From: Raja brachyura
Lineage: Eukaryota
Assembly (NCBI GenBank): GCA_963514005.1
Contig: OY740788.1
Coordinates: forward strand, 54,746,001-54,810,000
Length of the DNA stretch: 64,000 nucleotides
Direction: 5' to 3'
Positions 24,761 to 38,090 of this stretch are shown in pieces; positions within the stretch are counted from its first letter, which is position 1, and every line of letters begins with the position of its first letter. A model generated the notes under the pieces. The model had not been told where the DNA came from, made no database searches, and was given only the letters and a program-made list of their open reading frames with translations. The translations under genes and the position numbers were made by a program.

Positions 24761-27364
24761 AAATGGGAGAGCCTGTGGTGTTGGTTGGAATAGAGGGCTC
24801 CTAAGTGGGACAGTTTACACATGATTTGCACGTAGTTTCATTTCATTCTGCTGGTATGAGCATTTATAGTACTGGGGAATAAAAGAAAAATGAGATCATT
24901 AGACCCATGTTTATGTCATGGCTCTATATCTAGAAAGGGTATGTTTCAATCTGCCTTTAGCATCGCGCTTTCCTGGTGCTCGCAACTCTTAATTAATAGC
25001 GTAACTGCCAACCCGAAGCCGGGTTTTTTTTGGATCCTGCAAATAATTATACTGTACATTGAGCATGGATCATTGAAGCTTGTGTAAAGGACTTCGCGCA
25101 GATAGGGTTATGTGGGAGTCCATGGAACGGATGTGGATAGTTCGCAGGTAGACGTAACACGCTGTATTAGAACAAAAACAAAGTCCTATTTAATCATTGG
25201 CTTGTAGTTGTTGAAATCATGGTTTATGTTTTTAAAGCTAGTGTTCGATCGGTACCAGCGCCAGACGTTCTATTGGTCATCGGTGCAATCCCACTATATT
25301 TTATGATTAGGTATGTTTGCCTTTAAGAAGGGTTTAATCAGCATCTTGAGCTGTTGGCTCTTTTGTTTGGCTTCTGTAACTATGGAAGTGTGATTTACAA
25401 AGATTTGTACGGGTCATGGATGTCTTTCCAGCCTTACTGTGTATATTTAGACAGGACTTTACTTGGTGTTAAAAAGTGTATATTTTCAATGGGTTCACAC
25501 ACAGTAGCGAACAATACGGACATTGTACCGGATTGTACAACGCGTATTGAAACGCAGCATCCAGACTTCAACTAATCTGCTTTCAATAAAGCTGAAATAA
25601 TTATCCTAAGCCGCCTTTCTACGGGGGAAAAAAATCATTGAGGAATTCAAAACTTTTTTTTAGTTCTCTTCCACATTCCAAAGCAGATCGGAGGAAACGC
25701 GAGGTGTACGCTAATGGCACGAACTGCTTTCCAAACTCGAATGGAAAGAAAAAGATATTGCCGTTTTTTGTAGGGGAAAAAAGGGAACAGAGCGAATTTG
25801 CGTTGCACAAAGATAATAACGCTAATGGGTGGTATGGGTATGGTAGTGGACTGCAAACTGTTTGCGCTCCTGTCATCGGGCAATCCGCATGAACTAATTC
25901 CAAGTGGCACATGAATAGATCCGGTTGGGAAGGTTGTTCAACTGGAAACAGCGATGCTGTATTACACATTTGCTGCAGATTTCTATTAAAAAGTATCATC
26001 AACGCCCATTTAAATACTCTAAATCGTTTCATTCAGCCACAACACAAGAGGATAGGGAGCTCAGAGCAGCATAATGTCTATTTGTATAATCACTTTAATT
26101 TTCGTTCATTGCTTCACAAAACAAAAGGGTGGGGAAAGAATGTTTGGCGAAATGTTTCTAAAATGTTGGATTATTATCCCCACAGATTAACCATGTGAGG
26201 TGCGAGAGTAATCCGCATTTATTTATTTATTTATTTGCGTGTTTGTTTCAGGCACATGGGAAGCACTTTTCCGCGTTCGCTGAAGGAGAGCGCCTTAAAA
26301 AGGCAAAGGTTTCCTTGTACATTCTATCGAGCAGTCTCACGAACGACCGGCAACACACCTCAACATTAATCATTTTAACTGGTAGGTGGTATTAATTATT
26401 TTTCTTTGTTCTGTGCAACTATGTCAAAAAGTTTTAAAAAACGTATCGATTTTTTTCCTATATATAATGTATACATTTGCAGGTGTTAAGGATAAAAGCG
26501 GAGAACTACTTGCTTGTCAGAGCCCATCCAGAAACACATTCATAAAGCTACAAGCACATAATTATTCGCCCAATCTTTGTGTGCAGAGTACTGGGTGTAA
26601 ATCGCTTTTTAATGACGGCAGCTGGCCGCTTCTGTTTGTAGCGGCGACCGTCAATGAACGAGCTTCATTCAAAGCTCTGAGTCCTGTCCAGCTCAAAGTA
26701 ACTGTAACCTCCCAACTAGAAAGAGACATTAAAGTTTCACAAATATGAAGACATTCTGCAATTAGACAAAGTGATAGACCGGCATCCGAAAGAGGTGATT
26801 ACTACATCCAGGATTCTCCCCGGAGATGCCTTGCATTAAATCCCTGTAAGTTTCTATTTAATTGAAATTATTTAAAGTTTTTTTAGCCGTCACTGAGTCT
26901 TGGCGGTTTGCACTTTTCATAACATCAAGCAGTACAGCATATGACTGAAGTTGAAGAGCAAGTATTGCCAAAGTATTTAAACCCGGTTATCATTTAACGT
27001 GGAAAGTCCAGCGCTGTTTAATCACCCGTGAAGTTTACAGAGGTGAGGAAGCGGAAGTATGAGTACTTCAAAATAATGTTGAATCATTATGTATTTAATA
27101 ACGTTATGAATAGAATTGGTTCAATCTGTTGGCATAGGGTAGAATGATTACGCTATAATGATTTTTTAAAAAAGAACTTTCTATTGTGTTGTCTTTATGT
27201 TAAACCAATGTGGGACCGTCGACTTTGGACTTGTTACCTATTTCACGGGGTGGAATTGGCGAATTGATTATTTTATTTCTTTGGTGTGGTCATGCCACTG
27301 TTGCCGGTCCTCGTGTCGCAAATAAAATTAGATGCATTAATTTGGCTTTTGTTCTGTTTCTTTA

Positions 27365-27450
27365 AGTAGTGGAGAATACAAAACAAACTGAAAATGTAAC
27401 AAGCAACACAGCTTGTTATATTTTCTGTTTGTTTTGTATCCTCCACTACT
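27365..27450. repeat. Inverted repeat: 40-bp stem, 6-nt loop
   Basis: 27365-27404 against the reverse complement of 27411-27450: 37/40 identical. Confidence 0.92.
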
Positions 27451-29254
27451 GTTTCCTTTATTCCTTCCTCTTGTATTGACCTTGTATCTTTAAGGTGGCT
27501 GGTTAAATGTGAGCTTCACTGGACCTGCATCCCTTAACGCTATTTTCAATACCAAGCCAGCTCAGATTCATTTATTGCCTGAACTGTGTGCCATTGATCC
27601 TCAGGGCTGAAATATATTACTTTTATGATTCATTTTTAGTTTTGCATACATCATTAATTGCACTGTGTCTGATATGTTCGCACTGGACCGTGGATTAACC
27701 ATTTAACTTAACTGTATGGCTTATCTTCACTAATAAGCATTTTTTTGGTATCGGTGCACTTGTAAAGCTACAATGTCTGGCTTTTATCTGGTTTTATCAC
27801 GGATAAATCAGGGTAGCGTTTGTATTTTCAATCATTTCAATGCAAGTGGTTACAACTCAATGAAAGACAATTACAACCAGGTGGAAAAAGACATCTACAT
27901 AGTAATGGAAATTTTAAATTCCGCCTAAAATCAAATTCCAGTACACTTGACATATCACATAGAAAGCCATACGACTAGTTTGAATGCACAATAAAATCAA
28001 ATGCATGTTATATTGATTAATTGAATATTATATTAATTGGATGTTTAAAGATAAAATATTTCGTTTTAATTTATCATAACCCGCAAGTGTGCCGCCTAAA
28101 TAAACATATTTCATTGTTGCTTGGCAAGTCTTTGTAATATGAGGCGGAAAGTATTATAAAGTAAAACTAATAGGTCACGGCAACTCGTCGTCGTTCATTA
28201 AAAAACATTTTAAAAAAAAGTAATTCAGCCATTTATTAGGAAATAAGGAGCATTCTCCCTTCTCAGCCAACTCTACACCGGTATCATTGCGATTACGATA
28301 AGATTCCACCGATTAACCGCTTTATGTTCGGACCTGCGGGTTATAAGTTTCAATTTGAAGTCCCGCTCGCAGATCTGGGCTGAAAAGACACCGCTTAAGA
28401 TTTAACCCTATTGCTTCAGCACGATGCAAAGCCGACTAACCCTTTTTTCTCTCACCAACTACAATCATCACACGAACATTACTTTTATCTGGCCCCATAA
28501 ACGCAACTCGATTTCCTACACACTCAAAGAGACGTATAGAGGGGTATTAGGGGAAATGTCGCAAAACCTGGTCAATCAGTTCTACAGAGAAGCAAAGGAA
28601 CGAGGAAGTGTTTTTCGGGAGACAGGATGATTCCGGAGTAAGTCCTGGAAATGGAAAGGGCGCGTCTTCCAGTGATGCAGCCGGAATGTCCAAAAGGTCA
28701 GAAATGCACAGACGCAGATATTTCGAGATTCCCAAAGTCAAAAGTCGACAGATCTCGGGAGGGATGAGTTCACGGAGGGGATTTCACAACAAAGATGAGA
28801 CTTTACAAATTGAAGCGCAATCAGCAGCAGCGGATGTCCGATGCATTTGCTGAAATCACCAATCTTTTAAAAGTTTGTTCTTATAATTGCGATATTTTAA
28901 ACAAATACCAGGTAATTTTAATAATCAAGCGTCTGGGGTAGGCTCGCTGTAAACTTTTATTTAAAATAAACATTGATGGCCAAGCCCCTTACGCTGTGGA
29001 TTTTAATATGTTTATATCATTTCAGAATATGGACAATAAGATTCTGATAGATTAGAAGGATCCGTTGCTTTTTATAATCGTATTTGCTATGAACCTCGGA
29101 AAATATGTGCAGTTTGTGTTGAATATGGAAACAGGTTTCAAATGATACGGTTGCAAACTCTCACTCATTTAGTTGGCGTATTTGCAAATTCTTGTCCGTC
29201 ACTGTTCCCGTTGCCTTCATTAAGTGTATATCCTGCAAGGGGCAGAGCGTTACA

Positions 29255-29320
29255 CGACGTCTGTCCAATCAGGGGATTTGCACGCCTTGTTAGCGATATT
29301 TAATGAGGTCGCCCTATAGA
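29255..29320. promoter_or_regulatory. Putative conserved upstream element of SIX3 (CCAAT plus TCATTAA module)
   Basis: Minus strand reads CCTCATTAAATATCGCTAACAAGGCGTGCAAATCCCCTGATTGGACAG, resembling a teleost six3 upstream conserved block as recalled (unverified). CCAAT at 29265-29269. Confidence 0.5.
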
Positions 29321-32300
29321 CAAGAAATAAAGGCGCCTTACCGCCGATTTACCTTATGTCAACTCGTTACTTCTAATGAATTGAACAAAGATGCGAGTCC
29401 GAGCCCAGAAATTTAGTAGCGTTTTTTTGTTTGTGGCGATAGGTGGTGGGGGTGGGGAGAGGGGTGGTGGTGAAGTTATTGGGAGGAGGACAGGGTGAAG
29501 GGTGAACGCCGGGCTTCCTGCTACCGGGTTATGTGTGTATGTGTCAAAACGAATTAGTTACATGAATAAAAGCACTGAATCCAGTTCAACACAATATAAT
29601 ATCATATGGTGCTATCATGGCTCATTGGTCAGTCGGCTTGACATTTCAATCTGCTTTAGTCAAAAAAAGTTGACTTAACTGCCTCTACATAATCGGTCCC
29701 TCGAGCGGCTCTAAGCAGATGCCCATCTTGAGTTCTCCCGAATAAAAATCCTCGATTGCCATGAAATTCAGGTAACCTTTCGATTGCCAATTGCGTGCTT
29801 TTGGCGTATGGCATTGTGCATTTCCCCCCACTGAGTTAGCACTTAAAAATCAATTAGTCTTTTAAAATCTTAAAGTAAATTATTCGAAACAAATGTATAG
29901 CGCTCCCCGAGGGAGAGCGAAGTGCGGATAAAAGGTTTCTTTTAATGTTGTTTTATTCCAAAAAAGCCGCTGACAGATGATGAAAGAACAATTTGCCAAA
30001 TCAGTTCCCGTTTCACTAGCTGAGCGCTTTCATTAATTTGTGCGTCTGAGAACTATCTCCTTACAGTAAGGAAATAATGCTGCCGGAACTTTTCATGCTG
30101 GTGATGATTACTTTATTTGGATTACGGACAGCTTGTTATAGATAAACGGGAGCTACACAATCCCGGTTCAAGAATCACCATCCCCCATGCTATCGAACAC
30201 GCTACACTATAGACTAATTCTAATCCATTAGCCTAGCCTGCAGCAGATACATTGATTTCCATCGCCTGCATTGCACTCAACAGATGAGTCACTCAAGCGC
30301 AAGGTTTTAATGTTAGAGGATTATCGTGCCACTTCACTAAATAATAATATTAATACGAATAAATGAATGAGAAAATAGGATTTCAATTTTAGGAGGCTTT
30401 GGCAATGCAATATTCTTCTCCAAAAGATCAATTTGCTAACGTAGTAACATATTCAAAGTTACAGCGCATGCTTCCTCTGCGGTAGCATAATGTATTTTAT
30501 TTAAACAATAATTGGCATATCCATCCCACATCCGGGACTGGTAACCTTACAGGGCTTTTCCATGTAATAACTGAAACCTGTTCATTTAGAGTATAACTGA
30601 AACACGATCATTCATAGTACAATTTCCGACCAAGGATATTAATCATACTGGGCATAATTTTCTTTAATTATCAATATTTTCAGTTATTACCCATTTTGTA
30701 TGTTACCGACTATAATGCAAAGAGAGTACTTAGCAATACTGTGATGAATGCATCGCATGTTCATTTTGACAAACCTTTTCGCAAACTTCGAACTGTACAG
30801 CGCCAGAGATCACAATTCGCCCATGGAAAGAAAGGCCGCTAAATAAACCTGAAGTGGTTACCAGTTACTATCTGAATGTGAGTAGAACGATGGCATAATG
30901 CTTTATTGTTATAGTTACAACCATTGTTTAGTTACATCTGTCATTTATGAATCCAACTGCCTGTGCGTGACAGTATACAATTAAAATCGTGACAACAGTC
31001 TCTTCAACTTATTTTCCGATACATTGGCTGGGTTTTATTCAAAAGGCAGAGGTGACGATTTTTGTAGCACAAATAGGCATGTGAAATTAATACCCACTTT
31101 AATTTAAACCCCCAAATAAAATATATATGCGACTAAGTCCGTTTGGGGAATCTATCCCCTTGGTTAGTGATCACCGCAGCACCGGTAGCATGACCCATCG
31201 GGCACTATATATGTGTGAAATCTAAAAGGAGAAACGTCTTGTAAAAGTAGTGACAGAAATTGAGAATTGGTATCTTCCCCTCCCACTGCGTTTTCCATCA
31301 ACTGTTTTAAAGTTAAACAGTGGATCATTGAAATTGCGAGTTTTGTTTACAATAGTTGCCAAGTATTTGTATGACGAATTATGACAAGTATCGAACTAAT
31401 TATATTCCCCCTGATAACAATTGTCTGTGGCTTGCCATTGCATTCTTGTGTAAATTACTACTCTACATAGCGACATATTAAAATATTTGAATACATTATA
31501 GATTTGTCTTCGGTATCACTTAACCATTCACACGATGAGACAGATTATTATTTCCCTCGCTTGTGACTGAAGGTTATAGTCAGATATTGTAACAAAGGCT
31601 ATGTGATATATGATATATAGTCTTTGCTGCAATAATCAACTTTAATAATCGACAGTTTAAATACCAGTTGAATTAGCCGTTGTTTTTAATTGTTTCCACT
31701 GCAGTTAGATTACGAATTTAATTAAACCCAGTAACGGTGGGCGATTTCCAAAGGGAAAGGAAGATTCTCTTTACCGGATAATTATTGGGATGGGACCAAT
31801 TTCACCATGTAAACGTATATTCGAATGTATACGTTATCATTCGTCCAAGATTCAGCTGTACAGAGTTCACTGTACAGAATCTGTGGCATATCGAAGAACA
31901 AAGCTTTTCAAATCAGACACAAACGCAATGGGTCACTGGGAAGCCATGCTTAGCATTCATCAGTATTATCACAAGGACATGATAATGTTGGCAACCTATT
32001 TTCCAGTTCATTCATTTCCAACTTTTCATCATAAAACATATTATGACGTAGTTGAAAATAACAATGGTAAATAAGGTACATATTTGGCTTTATACCGAAA
32101 TTTTATTGAAAAAATAAATGCCTCAATTATCTAACAGCTATGATGCGTGTTAATTATAACGCTGGTGCCGAGTTTCTTTCCGGCATATTAACAACAGCGA
32201 GTTGCTACAGGTTTGAACTTTTAGACTGTTGCATGAAGTGGCAAAATGTGCGTGTTCTAATTAGTGAGGAAAATAATCAAATTGTTTTAACCCCGTCACT

Positions 32301-32671
32301 TGTTCTCGGATCAATATCAATAATTCCTTTTGCCAATGTCATCAAAATATTTTCCGTTTAATATTTGAACTTGATTTTAACATAACCTTTGACCCGTACA
32401 GTGAGTGGACAGTACCTTAAATCATATTGCTATCATTTCCCCCCGTGCATTCGCGGGAGTTATATGAACACATTGGGACGCATATTACAAATTCCAAGAC
32501 ACCAGTTTATGCATAGACGGTGATAATATCACTGAAAGCGCCTTGCTATTCCATAATTGTCAGCCGAAGTCAAATTTCAAAAATGGCTTATAAACTGATT
32601 TTCTGAAAGGTTGTAAGTTCATGTCCACGCATTTGTGCACTTTAATTAGTCCCCAATTAGAAAAAGTAAAA

Positions 32672-32935
32672 AGTCAAGAGTGTTTTACTGTCATATGTCC
32701 CGAAACGGAACAGTGGAATTAGAAACATAGAAAATAGGTGTAGGAGTAGGCCATTCGACCCTTGGAACCAACACCGCCATTCAATATGATCATGGCTTAT
32801 CATCCAAAATCAGTACCCCGTTCCGGCTTTTCCTCCATATCCCTTGATTCCCTTAGGCTTAAGAGCTAAATCCAACTCTTCTGATTCTTACCTGTAGTAG
32901 CACAGCCGATATGTAAACATAGAACTCTGCAAGCA

Positions 32936-33002
<67 letters not shown>

Positions 33003-33140
33003 CAAACAATATAGTGCAAAGGCACACAAGATAATGCCTCAAAGTCAATGTAGTTCGGAGCATATTTGAAGGTTGTTTTGTTTATTAGTCTGATGGCTGG
33101 AGGGAAGAAGCTGTTCCTGAACTTGGACGGTACAATTTTG
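32672..33140 (-). mobile_element. Rex1-like LINE 3' end containing a CR1 tail and (GT)n
   Basis: GTCAAGAGTGTTTTA.TGTCATATGTCC tail; ORF end FRNSFFPPAIRL; split by CR1 at 32721-32880. Confidence 0.75.
32938..32999. repeat. (GT)n microsatellite
   Basis: About 31 perfect units. Confidence 0.97.
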
Positions 33141-33289
33141 CTTCGACACACTTATGCACCCGTCTATTTACTTTAACCATTTATTTTACAACTTTAACTC
33201 GAGCTATGGACTAATTGAATGATACGGAAATCATGACTCAGAACGTTGTGATGGTTGGTGTTTGGGGGGGGGGGGGGGGGGGTTACATT

Positions 33290-33830
33290 TGATCCAGCAT
33301 GTCGTTCGAGAACTGCCCAACCTGAAGGCAACGTGTGGTGATAGACCCCTGGTTCCAAGTGCATATTCAAGTTCTCTTCAAATGCTATGAGTCTTTCGAC
33401 TTTATCCTCATTTCAGACAATTGCCCACCGGACAGAACCCACCCTCTAGTACAATACGCCTTCGTCTTTCCGCTAATTCTTCTAGTAATTCCTCGACATC
33501 AGTGTTTCCAGGCTTTCCATGCCCCTGCCCCTGCCCCTGTCCCTGTCTTGAGAAATAAGTCCATCCTATTGACTTTATCTGGCTCCCTCGTAGCTTTTGC
33601 ATCTCACTTAAGTTTCCTCCAGACTTCCAAATCAACCAATTCCAGCTTTTCTGATAATTACATATTTTAAGTCCTCTCAATCTATTCTCCACACTTCTTT
33701 CCTGTAGCGTGGTAACCAGACATGTATACGGACACCAGATGTAGTCAGTTGTATATAGCAGTATCATTACGTCTCTGCATGTATCATATAGGTCGGCTGA
33801 TACAAATAAACATCCCGCATGCCCCTTTAA
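33290..33830 (-). mobile_element. Old CR1 3' fragment
   Basis: Degenerate similarity to the CR1 ORF2 end and 3' UTR on the minus strand. Confidence 0.45.
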
Positions 33831-33967
33831 CTACATTAACGGCTTGATCTGCTACGGACGTGTGGACATACATGTCGAGGTCGGATTGTTCCTACAATTT
33901 ACTCAATATTCTTCCGGTTATTGGCTATTTTCTTGCATCTCTGCCATTTCGGTATCTCTCTTGATTA

Positions 33968-34190
33968 AGATAGACACAACAAGCTGGTGTAACTCAGCGG
34001 GACAGGCAGCGGGCCAGGCAGCATCTCTCGAGAGAGGGAATGCGTGACGTTTCGGGTCGAGACCCTTGAAGGGCCTCGGTCCGAAACGTCACCCACTCCT
34101 TCTCTCCAGATATGTTGTCTGTCCCTCTGAGTTACTCAGCTCTTTGTGTTTATCTGCGGTTTAAACCAGCATCTGCAGTTCCTTACACAT
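33968..34190. mobile_element. PLE terminal repeats in head-to-head inverted pair
   Basis: Two inverted arms meeting at CCCTTGAAGGG (~34065), with both CUGANGA boxes deleted at the junction. Confidence 0.8.
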
Positions 34191-34926
34191 CTCTATTGAT
34201 TAAATTCTACTTGTTATTTTCTACTATAAGCCAAAGTTGGTTATAACAAAATAACAATCCTAATTAATAGTCATTATCAACACTTATTATCACACCTTTC
34301 ATAGATTTACATACAATATACAATACTGAAATGGAAACGTAACTCAGCCGGTCCGCAGCTGTAATTACTTTTGTATGACCTCCTATTTGATCTAATGCTT
34401 GGCAATGTCTAGCTTTCTCTCATGTACTTAACTGGCTTTCTTTTAAAACATGCAAATTGTTTATCTTAACCAAATGCTTCGATAACAAGTTAACACTGCA
34501 TAAGATGAGTTAGGAACAGTTTCCTTTCACCGACCAACGCTTTAGATTCCATGCCACTGCGAGAATGCTCCTTCCACTTGCCGCTTAGACTTTACTTACA
34601 GGAGTTCACAGATTTATTTTTTTTAGCTCATTTCCAATTGGGTTTTTTTCTGAAACTATGATCACTAATTTGCTGCATCTCTTACAAATCTCTTGTGTTT
34701 TTTTGTCCGAATGCGTCCAAGTCCTTCTTTTACGTGGACCCATGTTGGTGCAACCTGGCGAGATTCCTGCGCACGGAAGTTCAGTCATTTTGTATTCTCT
34801 TTGATGAAAAAAAAAATCCGCAGCTCGTTTTCATTTTTCATCGCTTTGCCGATCTGCGTAATGGTTTCTAATGTATCTTTTTTTAAACAGATATTCATTT
34901 CCACTTCTTTCCAATTTAGTTTCTAA

Positions 34927-35291
34927 AGGGTCTGTCCCACTTACGCGACCTTTACAGGCGACTGCCGGCACCCGTGATAGGTCGCCGAAATTTTCAACAT
35001 GTTGACAATTCAGCGGCGACCAGAAAGACGCTACGACTCTTTGGAGACCTCTCACGGCCATCGGAGACCTGTTACGACCATACAGGCTGTATGGTCGTGG
35101 GAGATCTCCTATGGTCGTGGGAGGTCATCTGCTACATGTTGCCAGGGGTTGCCTGTATGGTCGTGAGAGGTCACCAAATAGTCGTAGCGTCTTTCTGGTC
35201 GCCGCTGAATTTTCAACATGTTGAACATTTCGTCAACCTATCACGGGTGCCAGCAGTCACCTGTAAATGTCGCGTAAGTGGGACAGGCCCT
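34927..35291. mobile_element. MITE with long TIRs (PIF/Harbinger- or Kolobok-like), 365 bp
   Basis: AGGGTCTGTCCCACTTACGCGAC...GTCGCGTAAGTGGGACAGGCCCT; ~110-bp inverted arms; flanks TAA/TTA; no coding capacity. Confidence 0.85.
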
Positions 35292-35653
35292 TTATTTTCT
35301 GATGTCTGGACTGTGCTTCTATCAAGCATCAACCTCATATTTGTTGATGTTAAAGTTCATCACGAATTCACAGTGCCTTCCATAATGTTTGGGAGAAAGA
35401 TCCATCATTTATTTATTTGCCTCTGCATTCCACAATTTGAGATTTGTAATAGAATAAAATCACATGTGGTTAAAGTGCACATTGACAGATTTTATTAAAG
35501 GGTATTTTATACATTTTGGTTTCACCATGTAGAAATTACAGCTGTGTTTATACATAACCCCCAATTCAGGGCATCATAATGTTTGGGACACCTGGCTTCA
35601 CAGGTGTTTGTAATTGCTCAGGTGTGTTAAAATGCCTCCTTAATGCAGGAATA

Positions 35654-35703
35654 CAAGTTGTCCAACAACTTTAGGCTGTGCACGCCACACGAAAGAAGAA
35701 GAA
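35654..35703 (+). mobile_element. 50-bp 5'-truncated retroposon with (GAA)n tail (RTE-like) and 12-bp TSD
   Basis: Exact direct repeat AATGCAGGAATA at 35642-35653 and 35704-35715 flanks an insert ending GAAAGAAGAAGAA. Confidence 0.75.
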
Positions 35704-35790
35704 AAATGCAGGAATAAGAGAGCTCTCAGCACCTAGTCTTTCCTCCAGTCTTTCCATCACCTTTGGAAACATTTATTGCCTTTTATCAAT

Positions 35791-36905
35791 GTGAGGACCA
35801 AAGTTGTGCCAATGAAAGTCAAATAAGCCATTATGAAACTGAGAAACAAGATTAAAACTGTTAGAGACATCAGCCAAATCTTAGGCTTACCAAAATAAAC
35901 TGTTTGGAACATTATTAAGAAGAAAGATAGCACTGGTGAGCTTACTAATCGCAAAGGGACTGGCAGGCCAAGGAAGACCTCCCCAGCTGATGACAGAAAA
36001 ATTATCTCTATAATAAAGAAAATTCCCCAACCACCTGTCCGACAGATCAGAGACACTCTTCAGGTCAGGTGTGGATTTGTCAATGACCACTCTCCGCAGA
36101 AGACTTCATGAACAGAAAAACAGAAGCTACACTTCAAGATGCAAATCATTGGTTAGCTGCAAAAATAGAATAGCCAGGTTACATTTTGCCAAGAAGAATT
36201 TAAAAGAGCAACCACAGTTCCAGAAAAAAACGTCTTGTGGACAGATGAGATGAAGATTAATATATATCAGAAGGATGGCAAGAACAAAGTATGGAGGAGA
36301 GAAGGAACTGCCCAAGATCCAAAGCATACCACCACATCTGTGAAACATGGTGGTGGGGGTGTTATGGCCTGGGCATGTATGGCTGCTAAAGGTACTTATC
36401 TTCATTGATGATACAACTGCTGATGGCAGTAACATAATTATTTCTGAAGCGTATACACGCATCCTATCTGCTCAAACAAATGCCTCAAAACTCATTGTCC
36501 AGTGGTCCATTCTACAGCAAGATAATGATCCCAAACATCCTGCTAAAGCAACAAAGCTAAAAAAGGGTACATTTTTGCGTGGCCAAGTCAATCACCCGAT
36601 CTGAACCTAATTGAGCATGCCTTTTATATGCTGAAGAGAAAACTGAAGGGTACTAGCCCCCAAAACAAGTACAAGTGAAAGATGACTGAAATACAGGCCT
36701 GGCAGAGCATCAGGAGAGAAGACACCCATCAACTGGTGATGTCCATGAATCGCAGACTTCAAGCAGTCTGTTGTATTGTGCATTCTGTTGTGCTGCAGCA
36801 TACAAGAATTTCATTGTCCTATCTGGGACATATGACAATAAAACATTCTTGGCTCTTGACTCTTGACTTGTCATTGCATGCAAAGGATATGCAACAAAAT
36901 ACTAA
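35791..36905 (+). pseudogene. Tc1 transposase remnant with stops and frameshifts
   Basis: Pieces across frames: [66 protein letters not shown], ...ACKGYATKY*. Confidence 0.85.
36769..36869 (+). mobile_element. Rex1/Babar-like LINE 3' end inserted in the Tc1 transposase
   Basis: AAGAATTTCATTG...GACATATGACAATAAAACA plus a (TCTTGAC)n tail, same family as 38091; splits the codons RLQAV|IACKG with a GTC duplication. Confidence 0.8.
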
Positions 36906-37254
36906 ACTTGACTACTTTTATTTTCATGACCTTATGGTGCCCTGAAATGGGAGGACTATGTATAAACACTGCTGTATTTTCTACATAGTGAAACCAAAAT
37001 GTATAAAAATGACTTTTATTAAAAGCTGACAGTGCACTTTAACCACACATGATTTTTTTTCTATTACAAATATCAAATTGTGGAGTATAGAGGCAAATAA
37101 ATAAACGGTGGGTGTATGGCCCAAACATTATGGAGGGCACAGTATATGCCCAAGCATTAAGATTTATAATGTTTTATTGCTTGATAATCACAGTACTCCT
37201 ATGCCCAAATGGTGCAACAGGACAAGAAAAACTGCAGATGCTGGAATCTTGAGC

Positions 37255-37635
37255 TGAAAATAGTGAAAGGCTTGGATAGAGCGGATGTGGAGATGATGTT
37301 TCCATGATTAGGAGAATCCAGGACTGGAGGCCATAGCCTTAGAATTAAAGGATGTTCTTTTAGGAAGGAGATGAGGAGGAAGTTATTTAGTCAAAGTGTG
37401 GCAAATCTATGGAATTCTTTGTCAGAAGGCTGTTGAGGCAAAGTCTGTGGATATATTTAAGGCCAAGATAGATAGATTCTCGATTAGTAGGGTGTCTGAG
37501 GTTATGGGGTGAAGGCATGAGAATAGGATTAGGAGGGAGAGATGTGCCATGATTGAATGTCGGAGTAAACTTGTTGGGTCGAATGGCTTCATTCTACTCA
37601 TATCACTTATGACCTTATGATCTTACTTGTGATCT
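37255..37635 (+). mobile_element. CR1 3' end nested in PLE
   Basis: GTGAAAGGCTTGGATAGAG.GGATGTGGAGA...(CTTATGA)n tail. Confidence 0.85.
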
Positions 37636-38090
37636 TAAAACATGCTTGGGGAATTCAGCGCATTAGGCACATCTATGTGTGTGTGTCTGGGGGGGGGGGG
37701 GGGGGGGGGCGGTAGGGATGCTTCTTGAGACAAGTTGGGGTAAGGGGCACAAGAATACCGAGATGGAGTTGTAGCAAAGCCTGGAAAGTGGTCGGCAGAT
37801 AGATGGTAGAGAGTCAATTGCCAGATAATGGAGTGAATGACAGAGACTAGAGGTGAAAAAAAGGCAAAAGGGTATCATGTAAGGAGAGAAGTGGGGTGAA
37901 ATGCAAAACTGGAGGGATGGATGTGGGTATGAAGGGACAGGACAGAGGGAAAATTGGAGATAAATGAGAAATATGATATTCGGGAATGGGAGATGAGCTT
38001 CCCTGAAGAGGGGAATTGAGTGGGATGACTGTGGTGGCTGGAGATGGTGGGAGATGGGGCTGGGGGACTTACTTGAAATTGGAAAATTCA

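Larger units (their letters stand above)
35371..37142 (+). mobile_element. Full-length degraded Tc1-family transposon (second family)
   Basis: ~220-bp TIRs CAGTGCCTTCCATAATGTTTGGG...CCCAAACATTATGGAGGGCACAG; TA at 37143-44 (left flank CA). Contains two small retro-insertions. Confidence 0.9.
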
